From the IMG/VR virus record IMGVR_UViG_3300045988_180412, positions 1,841-65,840 of that record: DNA of 64,000 nucleotides. One strand, given 5' to 3'. This document shows, in pieces, positions 28,124 through 37,233 of the stretch; position 1 is the first letter of the stretch; the number at the start of each line of letters is the position of its first letter. Below the pieces are notes generated by a model. That model was not told the origin of the DNA. It ran no database searches and saw only the letters and a list, made by a program, of their open reading frames with translations. Both the position numbers and the translations under genes were made by a program. The DNA comes from a virus.

Positions 28124-29362
28124 TCAATCGCCACCGGAGGCGGCTTTCTCCTGCGTCAAGTTCTTGATGTAATACAGGTCGCGAGGACGGGTCGGTACGG
28201 CAAGTGCCGTAAGCTCGCTTCGCCATTCTTGTGTGCGGGTGTCGGCGTTGTAGAGGTATTCTATCAAACCGCGACCGCCGTACATAAAGGCGGAAATGGC
28301 GCTGCCGTCGGGGCGCAGCGGAACTACGTTCTTAATCACACCGATAAGACCTGTCGGACGAATGAGTATCACGTCTTGCTCAAAGGCGTCTACAAGGGTA
28401 CGGTCGAAGTTGTGGTTGGTGGTATTGATTTTCTCAACACCGCAAACGGTCTTGTTGTAGATTACTTCGTCTGCCTCGATAAGACGCTTGAAGGCTTCTT
28501 TCTGCGCTTCAAGGGTCGAGCCTTTGGCTACGGCTTTGGCATTGTCGTCATTGGCTTTGGTGTAACGCAAACCGATACCCGTCATCGCGTAGCCGAGCGC
28601 GGTCAGTACGGCATCGTGTTTGGTGAGCTTGTAGAACGTCTTTTCGTTCATCTCGACACATACATTCTGATAGCCGTTGGCTTTATTGCGAAGCTCGCGA
28701 ATAAAGTCGCGCAGGTCGCCGATGGGGTCGCCTACCGCCGTAACTGTCCCGGCGGTGGTGTCGCTTTCCCACCATTTCTTGTCCATGTAGTTGCCGGTCG
28801 GAACTTGGGCGGTAAAGGTCGTACGCAACGAGCCGCGAGGGTTGTTGTTGTCGGTAAGGGTCAGCTTGCCCAAAGATTTCATCTGCCCGATTTGATAGTT
28901 CAGGGTGTTCTTGTGGGCGGCTGGAATGGCGCTCGTAACATCAAACAACGCCTTGGCTAAATACTCGCTTACGGCTACACTTTCGTTGGTGTTGTTGAAG
29001 TTGGCTACGGAACGTATCTCGTTCAACAGTATCAATTGCTTGCGATAGTCGTTCTCACCGCGTACTACGGTGTATTTATGACGCGGTATGCTGCCCGTAA
29101 GTTTGGTCAGCTTGGTGCTGTTACCGGCAGGAAGCGCTGGCGAATTAAGGTCAACGTAGCTGGCCATAACTTCTATCTGCGCCTCGGCTTCAAGCATCTC
29201 ATAAGTGAAGTCTATCTGTTGTGGCGCCCATGCGAAACCTTCAAAGTTCTCGCCCTGACTCTCAACGGCGCTTAGCACCTGCTTGTAGTATGCTTCGAAA
29301 CTGGTATTACTCGTAATGGCATTGGATGCCATCAGCGTGTCAAGTCCGCTAAATCTTTTCAT
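28124..29362 (-). CDS. major capsid protein
   Basis: 412 aa, preceded by the scaffold and decoration-like genes. The sequence resembles lambda gpE-type capsid proteins. Confidence 0.8.
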   Translation of the reverse strand: MKRFSGLDTLMASNAITSNTSFEAYYKQVLSAVESQGENFEGFAWAPQQIDFTYEMLEAEAQIEVMASYVDLNSPALPAGNSTKLTKLTGSIPRHKYTVVRGENDYRKQLILLNEIRSVANFNNTNESVAVSEYLAKALFDVTSAIPAAHKNTLNYQIGQMKSLGKLTLTDNNNPRGSLRTTFTAQVPTGNYMDKKWWESDTTAGTVTAVGDPIGDLRDFIRELRNKANGYQNVCVEMNEKTFYKLTKHDAVLTALGYAMTGIGLRYTKANDDNAKAVAKGSTLEAQKEAFKRLIEADEVIYNKTVCGVEKINTTNHNFDRTLVDAFEQDVILIRPTGLIGVIKNVVPLRPDGSAISAFMYGGRGLIEYLYNADTRTQEWRSELTALAVPTRPRDLYYIKNLTQEKAASGGD

Positions 29363-29365
29363 CGC

Positions 29366-29737
29366 TTAGCCCTCCTTTACAAACAATATGCGACCTGCCA
29401 ACGCGCCCTTTTGCTTCGCGGTATACGTGAGCGTCGAAAGGCTTTCGTTGATTTGGCCACGGGTTACTACTGTTAGCGAACACCCGTCTGCGCCTACATA
29501 GGCATCTTCGAGTGTCAATCCTTGCGGCGCTTCGCCGCCCAATGTGGTAGTGCCGCCTATCTTGTCGATAGATACGGCTGTCCCGGCAGGTATCAGCTTG
29601 CCTACGGTGTTGGTCGTGTCCACAGGAACAAACGCACCGCAGGGCATTATCTCGTCTACTCGCGCCCATAGGGATACCGAGCCTACGCTATAATCCTCAC
29701 TGCCGTGATTAAAAGAATTTCCGTAATGGGTTTTCAT
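29366..29737 (-). CDS. head decoration / cement protein candidate
   Basis: 123 aa, located between the scaffold and capsid genes. Confidence 0.45.
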   Translation of the reverse strand: MKTHYGNSFNHGSEDYSVGSVSLWARVDEIMPCGAFVPVDTTNTVGKLIPAGTAVSIDKIGGTTTLGGEAPQGLTLEDAYVGADGCSLTVVTRGQINESLSTLTYTAKQKGALAGRILFVKEG

Positions 29738-29755
29738 CTTTTCCCGGATTTAAGG

Positions 29756-30493
29756 TTAGTTTTGTTTTCCGCTCTCTTGGTCGTGCAGCACAACTCCCTG
29801 CTTTTCAAGCATCGCGATTTGGTCGGAGAAGTCTATCTTGGCCGTTTCGCCTGCGGCATCGCCTTTAATGGGCTTGGTAACGTCTATGCCGCGGTCGGAA
29901 ACTTCATCCGTGAATTTCTCGCGGATTTTGGCCTCTAACTCGGCTGCCGTCCATTTCTTGCCGTAGGCTTCGTATAGCTCCATAGCCGTCTTTTGGGCGC
30001 GTTGGCGCTCTTTGGGATAGGCCTTGGCGTAATCCCATGCGTCTATATTGGCTACGGCGGTCGCTACCGCCCCTTTCTGCGCCTCGGCGCTCTCAAAGGC
30101 ACTGAGCTGGGTCTGTAACGGCTCTACGGCCTTGGCTACCGCATTGGCTACTAATTCGGCTAATACTGCGGCATTGTCTGACGCTGCTCCTTCGTTGCCG
30201 CTCGGCTCGTTGGCAGGTTCTGCACTGCCCTCTTTGAGCTTGGCTTCTAATGCGGATTTGTCGGCCTCTAAGCTCTTAATCTTGTCGCTTAACACCGTCC
30301 GAACTTTGTCTGCCTCACTCTGATACAGTTGAAGCATGGGCTTTGCGCCGCTTACAAACGGCTCAATCTGCGCATCCTCCGTAATGAACGTTTGCGCGGC
30401 TTGGGCGACCCGTTCAAACACCTCATCGCTTAGCCCCAAGTTCTTGTACCCTTGTTGCAGCGAAGCCTTAATCTTATCTTTCATTTCTTTCAT
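29756..30493 (-). CDS. capsid scaffolding protein
   Basis: 245 aa, acidic, Ala/Glu/Lys-rich and helical. Lies upstream of the capsid gene. Confidence 0.6.
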   Translation of the reverse strand: MKEMKDKIKASLQQGYKNLGLSDEVFERVAQAAQTFITEDAQIEPFVSGAKPMLQLYQSEADKVRTVLSDKIKSLEADKSALEAKLKEGSAEPANEPSGNEGAASDNAAVLAELVANAVAKAVEPLQTQLSAFESAEAQKGAVATAVANIDAWDYAKAYPKERQRAQKTAMELYEAYGKKWTAAELEAKIREKFTDEVSDRGIDVTKPIKGDAAGETAKIDFSDQIAMLEKQGVVLHDQESGKQN

Positions 30494-30512
30494 TTGGAGT
30501 TATTAAAACTTG

Positions 30513-30584
30513 TAGCGGCGACAGGACTCGAACCTGCGACCTGCGGGGAATGAACCCGCCGAGCTGCCTCTGCTCCACACCGCT
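30513..30584 (-). tRNA. tRNA with anticodon CAU (Met; initiator or Ile2 cannot be excluded)
   Basis: Hand-folded cloverleaf: acceptor AGCGGTG/CGCCGCT, D arm GAGC/GCTC, anticodon arm GCGGG-TTCATTC-CCCGC, T arm GCAGG-TTCGAGT-CCTGT, discriminator A. No CCA is encoded. Confidence 0.85.
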
Positions 30585-30589
30585 CTCTT

Positions 30590-30633
30590 AAAATCACATA
30601 GAGCCAACAACGATTTCTCGCTATCGGCTCTAT
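30590..30633 (-). terminator. possible terminator after the Com-like gene
   Basis: 8-bp stem ATAGAGCC/GGCTCTAT at 30598-30633, followed on the minus strand by GTGATTTT. Confidence 0.3.
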
Positions 30634-30655
30634 GGCTCTCTATCAACCAACTATG

Positions 30656-30856
30656 TCACTCGGACTTATTTACGCCCGTAAATCTTATGACGCTGTCTTT
30701 TATCTCGATTTCTATCGGCTTGCGGCATTTCCTGCACCACAACTCTATTTCACCGTTGTATACCGATAGTTTCGCAAGTATCGCGCCTCTGCGCCCGCGT
30801 TTCTCACACTCGGGACATCTTATTACAACCTTTTTCACGCCGCAAATATAATACAC
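30656..30856 (-). CDS. Com-like zinc-ribbon protein
   Basis: 66 aa with CPEC...CRKC. The arrangement matches Mu Com-type zinc ribbons. Confidence 0.55.
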   Translation of the reverse strand: MYYICGVKKVVIRCPECEKRGRRGAILAKLSVYNGEIELWCRKCRKPIEIEIKDSVIRFTGVNKSE

Positions 30857-30904
30857 TTAATTGATTACAACAAATATTTTAAGCAAAACTTTAATTTATT
30901 TTCG

Positions 30905-30912
30905 TACCTTTG
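30905..30912 (+). promoter_or_regulatory. Bacteroidota -7 box TACCTTTG ahead of the terminase gene
   Basis: Matches TAnnTTTG, ending 16 nt upstream of the ATG at 30928. Confidence 0.45.
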
Positions 30913-30927
30913 CACAAAACACGGTTG

Positions 30928-33141
30928 ATGAAGTTTTCTCTCGTAAGCAATAACTTGGTTTTTCCGCCGCTTTACCCCGAAGCGGAACGCACTCTTGCCA
31001 CATCTAAAAGCAAGAGCCGTACTATCGTGGACGGGTACGAGTTGCGACCTAACCAAATCGACCTTATCCCGCAACCGGGACTGCAAGAACAGCTGTGCCA
31101 AAGCGAAGCTAACCTCGTTTTCATCTGCGGTCAAGCAACCAGCGGAAAGGCGCAACCATATACAAGCAAGGTCTTAACCCCTAACGGATTTGTCGAAATG
31201 GGGTCGCTTAACATCGGAGATGCAATCCTTGCCCCCGATAATTCAACACAAAGGGTGCTAAACATCTTCGAACAAGGCGAAATAGACGTTTGGCGCTTGA
31301 CTTTCGATGACGGCGCACAAACGGAATGCTGCAAAAACCATCTTTGGAAAGTTCGCACACCGATTAGCGAGTGGCGTGTTATCCGCTTCGAGGATGTTCT
31401 TAGTGCGTTTAATGCGCATCTTAAAATATACATACCTCTTTGCGCATCGTCTGTATATGAGAGGTTCAAGGAAAAAACGCCTGATACAGACAAACTCCGA
31501 AAGATTGTAAGAGCGGAGTATGTCGGCAAAAAACAATGCCGCTGCATTATGGTTTCGGGCGCTGAACATCTGTATGTAACTGACGATTTCATCGTTACGC
31601 ACAACACTTTCGCAATGTATCTCAATGCGTTACAGGGTGTTACGCACTATGGCTTTGCAGCTAAACTGATTTCAGTCCGCTTGCAGGACAGCAAAAAGGG
31701 CGGCTCGATGTTCCGTGACGGCGTAACGGTATGCGGCAATTTCGCTAATTGCGAGTATAATTCGGCGGATTACCCGACTTTCTCGTGGCCGCAATGGAAC
31801 AGCTCGCTGCAACTTATTCACTCTAATTTCAATGTAAACAACCCTGCGGAATGGGAACAGTTCCAAGATTACGCTAAGAAAGTGCAGGCGTCTCTGATAA
31901 TGGTGGACGAGGCTACGGAAATGAAGGAGTTTAAGATGTTCGCTTATTGGTTTAGCCGTAACCGCGACAGCTCGGGCATGACACCGCAAATGGTGTTATC
32001 CTTTAACCCGTCTCACGACCATTGGACTACTCAAATGCTATGCGATGCAGGGTATATCGGCGATGACTGGTATCTGCGTAAGGATATGATTGGCAAAGTC
32101 CGATATTGGTATAATAAGGGTAAATCTCCTGCCGAAATCGTTTGGGGGGACTCTCGCGAGGAAGTGGCGGACGCAGCAGGCCTTATCGACCGACCGGACG
32201 ATTTGGCCGCAGGTATCTCGCGATTGGATTATGTGAAGTCGTTTACGGTATTGACGGGTACTGCCGCTTCTAACCGCGAATTGGTGAATGCTACGGGTGG
32301 ACAATCTGTCGCAAATCTACACGCTACGGGCGCGGAGCAACGTCAAATTGTGGGCGAGGGATATTTCGGCGAAGTGGAAACGGAGGAAATCAATGTGTCG
32401 CGCGAAATGATTAACAACCTATGGACAAACCCCGTAAGCGATGACGTCAATATGTACGCTACCATGGACATTTCCTCGGGTAAGGCGGATAACGATAAGT
32501 CGCCTATGGTGATATGGCGCGGACTGCAAATTGTCGGGGTCGAGCTGTTCTCGGGCGAACCTAACGAAATGGCGGGGTGGATTAAAACTAAACTTAACGC
32601 TTACGGCGTTGACGTTACACGCTTCGCTTATGACGCTACGGGACACGGATATTGGATGCAGGGGCTGACTAACGGCGTGGCGGTTACGGCTAACAAACGG
32701 GCTATACAGGAGGTTGACGAGTTCGGAAACGCTGTAACTCGGGATGATTATTTTAATTGCCGCTCTCAATTGCTCGGCCGAACGGAGGTGATGATTAAAC
32801 GCGGTGATATTTCTTGCTCAATATCTCCCGATTTGCGTATCCCTTACGCAAAGGGTGGGGCAACACGAGCTCTCCGCGATATTCTGTATGACGAGATTAA
32901 CGTGTTCGCGACGACAACGCGCAACAAACGTATATACTACCGCTCTAAGGATGAGTATCGTGCTAAGTTCCGACATTCACCGGACTTAATGGACGCTATT
33001 TGCCTGCGTGCGGTTTTCGAACTTGACGCCCGACCGAAGAAGGCGCCGCTGCCGGCAGCGTCTCCGTTTGTATACAATAATCTGTATTCGGCATTTGCTT
33101 ATGCGGCTAAAAACCGTTGGAACAAGAATTTAGTTAGATAA
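30928..33141 (+). CDS. terL: terminase large subunit, interrupted by an intein
   Basis: Walker A GQATSGK/T is split by the insert. Walker B is LIMVDEATE. The C-terminal half is nuclease-like and a portal gene follows. The ORF track starts at TTG 30910; the first ATG is at 30928. Confidence 0.9.
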   Translation: MKFSLVSNNLVFPPLYPEAERTLATSKSKSRTIVDGYELRPNQIDLIPQPGLQEQLCQSEANLVFICGQATSGKAQPYTSKVLTPNGFVEMGSLNIGDAILAPDNSTQRVLNIFEQGEIDVWRLTFDDGAQTECCKNHLWKVRTPISEWRVIRFEDVLSAFNAHLKIYIPLCASSVYERFKEKTPDTDKLRKIVRAEYVGKKQCRCIMVSGAEHLYVTDDFIVTHNTFAMYLNALQGVTHYGFAAKLISVRLQDSKKGGSMFRDGVTVCGNFANCEYNSADYPTFSWPQWNSSLQLIHSNFNVNNPAEWEQFQDYAKKVQASLIMVDEATEMKEFKMFAYWFSRNRDSSGMTPQMVLSFNPSHDHWTTQMLCDAGYIGDDWYLRKDMIGKVRYWYNKGKSPAEIVWGDSREEVADAAGLIDRPDDLAAGISRLDYVKSFTVLTGTAASNRELVNATGGQSVANLHATGAEQRQIVGEGYFGEVETEEINVSREMINNLWTNPVSDDVNMYATMDISSGKADNDKSPMVIWRGLQIVGVELFSGEPNEMAGWIKTKLNAYGVDVTRFAYDATGHGYWMQGLTNGVAVTANKRAIQEVDEFGNAVTRDDYFNCRSQLLGRTEVMIKRGDISCSISPDLRIPYAKGGATRALRDILYDEINVFATTTRNKRIYYRSKDEYRAKFRHSPDLMDAICLRAVFELDARPKKAPLPAASPFVYNNLYSAFAYAAKNRWNKNLVR
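31150..31605 (+). mobile_element. 152-aa mini-intein (class 3-like) in the TerL P-loop
   Basis: The insert runs from AQPYTSKVLTPNGFVEMGSLNIGD to EHLYVTDDFIVTHN and is followed by Thr. Its removal restores GQATSGKT. Confidence 0.8.
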
Positions 33142-33157
33142 CCTTAATACGTTGATA

Positions 33158-34903
33158 ATGATAAACATATCGGAACACCTTAAAAAGGATTTTTGGCATA
33201 GACGATGGGTCGGTGACAAAACACCGCCACCGCCGACAAATCCTGAGTTTTACGCAATCCCCGAAAGATTGCCGCACGTCAATCGCCGCGACCTTACTCA
33301 GGATGATTTCGCTAATGAAGTAAGCGTGTCGGCACACAATATCAATTCTCTATATCAGTCGGCGCGGCCTATACGCGAGGCTTTCCCTAAATTTGATGAA
33401 AACGGGAACCCCGTACTCGATAAGGACGGAAACCCGGTGCAGGAGTGGCGAACCGTGGGATATGACGACCTCGAAACTACCCGATATGGGTTGCAATACC
33501 GCTTCGCTATGTGCAAAACGGCGCATTTCGCAGGCAACGGGTGGGGTATTTACAACGAGCAAACGGATAAGTCGGAAACAGCGCATAGCCGATATGATAC
33601 GCTGTGTTCGTGGCGAGACATCGCAGGCCTTGATATGGCGTTTGTCGAGGTCGTAAAGTCGTGCTTCACCTCGGGCGATGGTGCTATATATCTGTATCAG
33701 GACGGCAACAGCATCGCTTACGAGGTGTTTTCGTTCAACAAGGGGGATGTGCTTTTCCCTGATTATGACGAAAATCATTTCCCGGTACTTTATCGCTTAT
33801 ATACACTCAAAGGTCAACGCGCGGTGGACATCTTCGGCGCGGAATACATCGAAACTTGGGTTAATGCGGATGTGTCGGATAAGGGGAAGTCTACCGTCAA
33901 TAAATGGTTTACGCAAATTCGCGGATGGTTCAAGTCGCACGATTTCGCTTTATCGGAGGACGGATGGACTCGCATAAGCCAACGTAAAACACAAACGGGT
34001 GGCATCGTCAACGCTTGCGTATATTTCCGCATTGACGACATCCCAAGCGGTATCGTACAGGAGGATATAGAGGCTCTGGAACGCTCGGCAAGCTATGTGG
34101 CCGAGGGCGTCAAAGCTGCGGCCTTTGATACGCTGTTTATCAAGGCCACCAATATCCAAAATCTCCCCGAAGTCGGCTCTTTCGGAAGCGTTATCGGCGT
34201 AACGGGCAATGTGGAGGAGCTTAAAGCATCTGACGCTAAACGTCTACCCCCAAGCAATATATCGGACGTGGCAACTATCGACCTCAAAGAGAAAAAGGAG
34301 AGCATTCTTCATGCGTCTATGTCGGTTATTCTCGACCCTGATGTGCTGCGCAGCGGAGCGGATTCGTCAAGCGCTATGCGCCTGTGCTTTAATGACGAGG
34401 TAAAGTGGTGCATGGCTATGCAACCGCAATTCTATAAGCCGCTGCAACAACTGACCAACGCGCTTAAAGCTATCGTCGCCAAAGTGGAGAAAGACCCGGA
34501 ATATGCCTCTTTGCGTGTATCGGTGGGCATGAACATTTGGACACCGAATAACGTTAGTGAAGCAGTGGAGAATGCAACCAAATTGGTCTATGCAGGAGTG
34601 CTATCGCGCGAAAACGCCCGTCACGAATTGGATATTAATTATCCGGATGATCTGAATATCGTTTACGGCGAAACGGAACGAGAGCTGTACCAAAAGACTT
34701 ATACGCCGCTGAAAGCTAAGTATGACGCCGAAAGAAAGTTCGGAATCGCGGATGTCGCTAATGACATCGTGGTCGGAAACAGCGAAAGTGTTCCGCAAAC
34801 CGCAAACGATAAACGCGCCGACTCGGAAAGGGCACTGGCCGACCGAAACGCTTACACGGCTGCCGTTGATAACAACGCTAACCGTAAACCTATTGACATT
34901 TAG
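33158..34903 (+). CDS. portal protein
   Basis: About 580 aa, directly after terL. The ORF track starts at TTG 33152; the first ATG is at 33158. Confidence 0.75.
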   Translation: MINISEHLKKDFWHRRWVGDKTPPPPTNPEFYAIPERLPHVNRRDLTQDDFANEVSVSAHNINSLYQSARPIREAFPKFDENGNPVLDKDGNPVQEWRTVGYDDLETTRYGLQYRFAMCKTAHFAGNGWGIYNEQTDKSETAHSRYDTLCSWRDIAGLDMAFVEVVKSCFTSGDGAIYLYQDGNSIAYEVFSFNKGDVLFPDYDENHFPVLYRLYTLKGQRAVDIFGAEYIETWVNADVSDKGKSTVNKWFTQIRGWFKSHDFALSEDGWTRISQRKTQTGGIVNACVYFRIDDIPSGIVQEDIEALERSASYVAEGVKAAAFDTLFIKATNIQNLPEVGSFGSVIGVTGNVEELKASDAKRLPPSNISDVATIDLKEKKESILHASMSVILDPDVLRSGADSSSAMRLCFNDEVKWCMAMQPQFYKPLQQLTNALKAIVAKVEKDPEYASLRVSVGMNIWTPNNVSEAVENATKLVYAGVLSRENARHELDINYPDDLNIVYGETERELYQKTYTPLKAKYDAERKFGIADVANDIVVGNSESVPQTANDKRADSERALADRNAYTAAVDNNANRKPIDI

Positions 34904-34981
34904 TGTTTTTGAGGTTTGTTACTTTGATGTTTTTTTCATTGTCGATTTCTAAGACTTTTTTCAGTTGTTTTGGAAATGGGG

Positions 34982-35017
34982 AAGCCGCCCGACCGTGAGG
35001 TTAGGCGGCTTTTTTTA
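34982..35017 (+). terminator. rho-independent terminator after the portal gene
   Basis: 8-bp stem AAGCCGCC (34982-34989) pairs with GGCGGCTT (35004-35011). T-run extends to 35017. Confidence 0.7.
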
Positions 35018-35027
35018 TGGCTCGTAC

Positions 35028-35240
35028 TTATACTTTCCCGAATATCTGCCTTGGTCGTACAACGTCTATGCGCTCGTCTTTGGCATTCTTGACTATGTAG
35101 TACTTCCCGAAAATATCGCGCTTGATTGCCTTGATATACCCGTGGCAATACATGCGACTGTGGCACACGAAGATGCCGCGCCATCGCGCTCGCAAACGGA
35201 TGTAGTATTCTATCTTGTCATTGTTCTTTAACGGGTTCAT
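35028..35240 (-). CDS. hypothetical basic protein (70 aa)
   Basis: Last ORF of the minus-strand string. Confidence 0.4.
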   Translation of the reverse strand: MNPLKNNDKIEYYIRLRARWRGIFVCHSRMYCHGYIKAIKRDIFGKYYIVKNAKDERIDVVRPRQIFGKV

Positions 35241-35787
35241 TATCCTCTCTTTTTATGTTCCCTAATTTCACCTGCTCGTCTATAAATATCTTGTAGGCGC
35301 AATCCGAACACCGCACGGGCAGGTAACGGCGCGGCGCCTCGATTTTAACCTCATCTTCTTTCAGATAACCGACTTTTTTCAATAAATCGGCTTGGTCTTT
35401 TAGTATCTCGGCATCGGTGTTGGTGTTGGTCTCTACGCTCGTGGCTACATCGTTTGCAAATTTTTTCATCACCCGCTCTTTGCGCGTGCCACTTACTTCT
35501 ATGCCGCTGGGTACGTCTTTGCCGCGCTTTATTACATCGCGCAATGTCCGCTTGTAGGCTTCTATATAGTCTTTGTGTTTTCTGTACGCAAAAAACTGCC
35601 TGCACGCTTCTTTCCCGGCTTTGTTCAGATTGCCGTCTATGCCTAAATACATCGGGAAAAATCGCTTGAAAGCGGCTTCATAGGTGGTATCAAACGCTAC
35701 ATGGTAATTCATGCAGTCGCGGTCGTCAACGGGTATGTCGCGCCACTTGTCATCACCCTCGGGCTTTATAGGTAAAAAGTTGTTCAT
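35218..35787 (-). CDS. hypothetical protein; candidate small terminase subunit
   Basis: 189 aa. The N-terminal helical segment (NLNKAGKEACRQFFAYRKHKDYIEAY) loosely resembles TerS HTH regions. It would sit directly upstream of terL if 30.9-35.0 kb were inverted. Confidence 0.4.
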   Translation of the reverse strand: MNNFLPIKPEGDDKWRDIPVDDRDCMNYHVAFDTTYEAAFKRFFPMYLGIDGNLNKAGKEACRQFFAYRKHKDYIEAYKRTLRDVIKRGKDVPSGIEVSGTRKERVMKKFANDVATSVETNTNTDAEILKDQADLLKKVGYLKEDEVKIEAPRRYLPVRCSDCAYKIFIDEQVKLGNIKREDNEPVKEQ

Positions 35788-36143
35788 CGCTCACCGTATT
35801 CTTTGGGAAAAACATAGCGCACGGTCAGTTCGTTGCCGATGTCTTTCAAGACTTCGCATTTAACTCCGTATCCGCGCATAACATCGTCTAAAATAGCCGT
35901 AACAACGTCTCGCACACTGTTGGTATGCCCGACATATTCTAAGTCGTCAGCATCCATAATATCACACAAAATACCGCACCTGAACGTTACAAGCACACTG
36001 CCGTGACCATCTCCGCTCTCGCCTTGCAATACTAAGCCTCTGCCGTATTTATGCACCACGGGGCGCAGGTCGTTGTTTGTCCATAGGCTCGCGTCTTTGA
36101 TTTCTACCAAGTCGCCGTGCCTCAATTTTTTTCTGTCTGACAT
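35784..36143 (-). CDS. hypothetical protein (119 aa)
   Basis: ATGA overlap in a packed gene string. Confidence 0.5.
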   Translation of the reverse strand: MSDRKKLRHGDLVEIKDASLWTNNDLRPVVHKYGRGLVLQGESGDGHGSVLVTFRCGILCDIMDADDLEYVGHTNSVRDVVTAILDDVMRGYGVKCEVLKDIGNELTVRYVFPKEYGER

Positions 36144-36517
36144 CCTTGTTTTATCTCTCTTAATTCTATAACCAAAACTTTGTCGCGGTCAAAGCCGTTA
36201 CGACCTAAACCCTCAACGATACAATCTGCCTCCCATTTGCTGCATAGCGCATTGTAGTTGAAGGTCTCTCCGTAAATGGCTTTGCCTAAAAACGTGAAGG
36301 CCGACGACGCAACCGCCACCTCGCTCTTTTGAACAAGGATGTAGCGCTTGCGCCGCCGACCGTCCCAACAATCTACTCGCGTGCCGCTTCGTGCCGCTCG
36401 CAAACGATTGTTGCAATACAATCCGACAGGCAGCATCGCAAACATTCGCTCGGTACTCGGCAAGACGTGTCTGATGTCTATCTTTTTAACCCGCGTAACC
36501 GACATTCTTTCTCCCAT
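36122..36517 (-). CDS. hypothetical protein (131 aa)
   Basis: ATG start, co-directional. Confidence 0.5.
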   Translation of the reverse strand: MGERMSVTRVKKIDIRHVLPSTERMFAMLPVGLYCNNRLRAARSGTRVDCWDGRRRKRYILVQKSEVAVASSAFTFLGKAIYGETFNYNALCSKWEADCIVEGLGRNGFDRDKVLVIELREIKQGCQTEKN

Positions 36518-37233
36518 TTGGTCAGATTATACGTTTGCAATGCCAATCCGACAGCGCAAATAAAGCTCTCGTATTGCGTGGGCTTCAAGCAGTGCCTGCG
36601 CCGCTCATTGAACAACGCAGCTTTATCATCGCTTATCACGCCGTCCGCATCACGCCAATCATCGGCCTCGCCTAACAGATAACGCATGTCTCTGCGACGC
36701 AAATCAAAGCACATCAATTGAATGGTGTCTACATATTCTTGCGGCTTGATGTTCTTGATGCCTTTGCGTGTCCACCACGCACGACTGCGCTCGCAAAACG
36801 CGTTGAAGTCGCAGTCGGTCGGGGCTTCTATGTAGTCTTTTATGCCTTTATTGTAAAAGCATTGCGCAACGGGCAAAAAACAGCTTAAAAAATTGGCCTT
36901 GAATTTTCGCATGGACGCGAAAAAGGTCTGCATTACTCCGTATTGACGCTGCAAACGAGAACGAACATGCAATCGCAATTGCCATTCTAATTCTTCTACA
37001 TCGTAGCCGTCGGTGATAAAGCCGTATTGACCGGGTTCTGTGTGGTTCTGGATAAACAAACGACACAGCCCCTCGTCCTCGACATCTCGCGCATCGGATA
37101 CCCCGAGCTTGTAAACGTAGTCCAACAGCGAAATCATGCTGCGGATGGACTGACGGTTCACAAATCCGCGGTTTAACGGATTAATCGCGCCCTGACCCCG
37201 CCACGTTATCGACTTCGCGCTCTCCCAACTCAC
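36478..37233 (-). CDS. hypothetical protein (about 250 aa; start uncertain, GTG in ORF track)
   Basis: Long ORF with no motif recognised. Confidence 0.5.
   Translation of the reverse strand: MSWESAKSITWRGQGAINPLNRGFVNRQSIRSMISLLDYVYKLGVSDARDVEDEGLCRLFIQNHTEPGQYGFITDGYDVEELEWQLRLHVRSRLQRQYGVMQTFFASMRKFKANFLSCFLPVAQCFYNKGIKDYIEAPTDCDFNAFCERSRAWWTRKGIKNIKPQEYVDTIQLMCFDLRRRDMRYLLGEADDWRDADGVISDDKAALFNERRRHCLKPTQYESFICAVGLALQTYNLTKWEKECRLRGLKR

Noticed and set aside
27947-28960. 337-aa plus-strand ORF
   Set aside because: It is antisense to the well-supported major capsid gene. Its composition is Gly/Val/Arg-rich and low in complexity, typical of a shadow ORF in GC-rich coding DNA.
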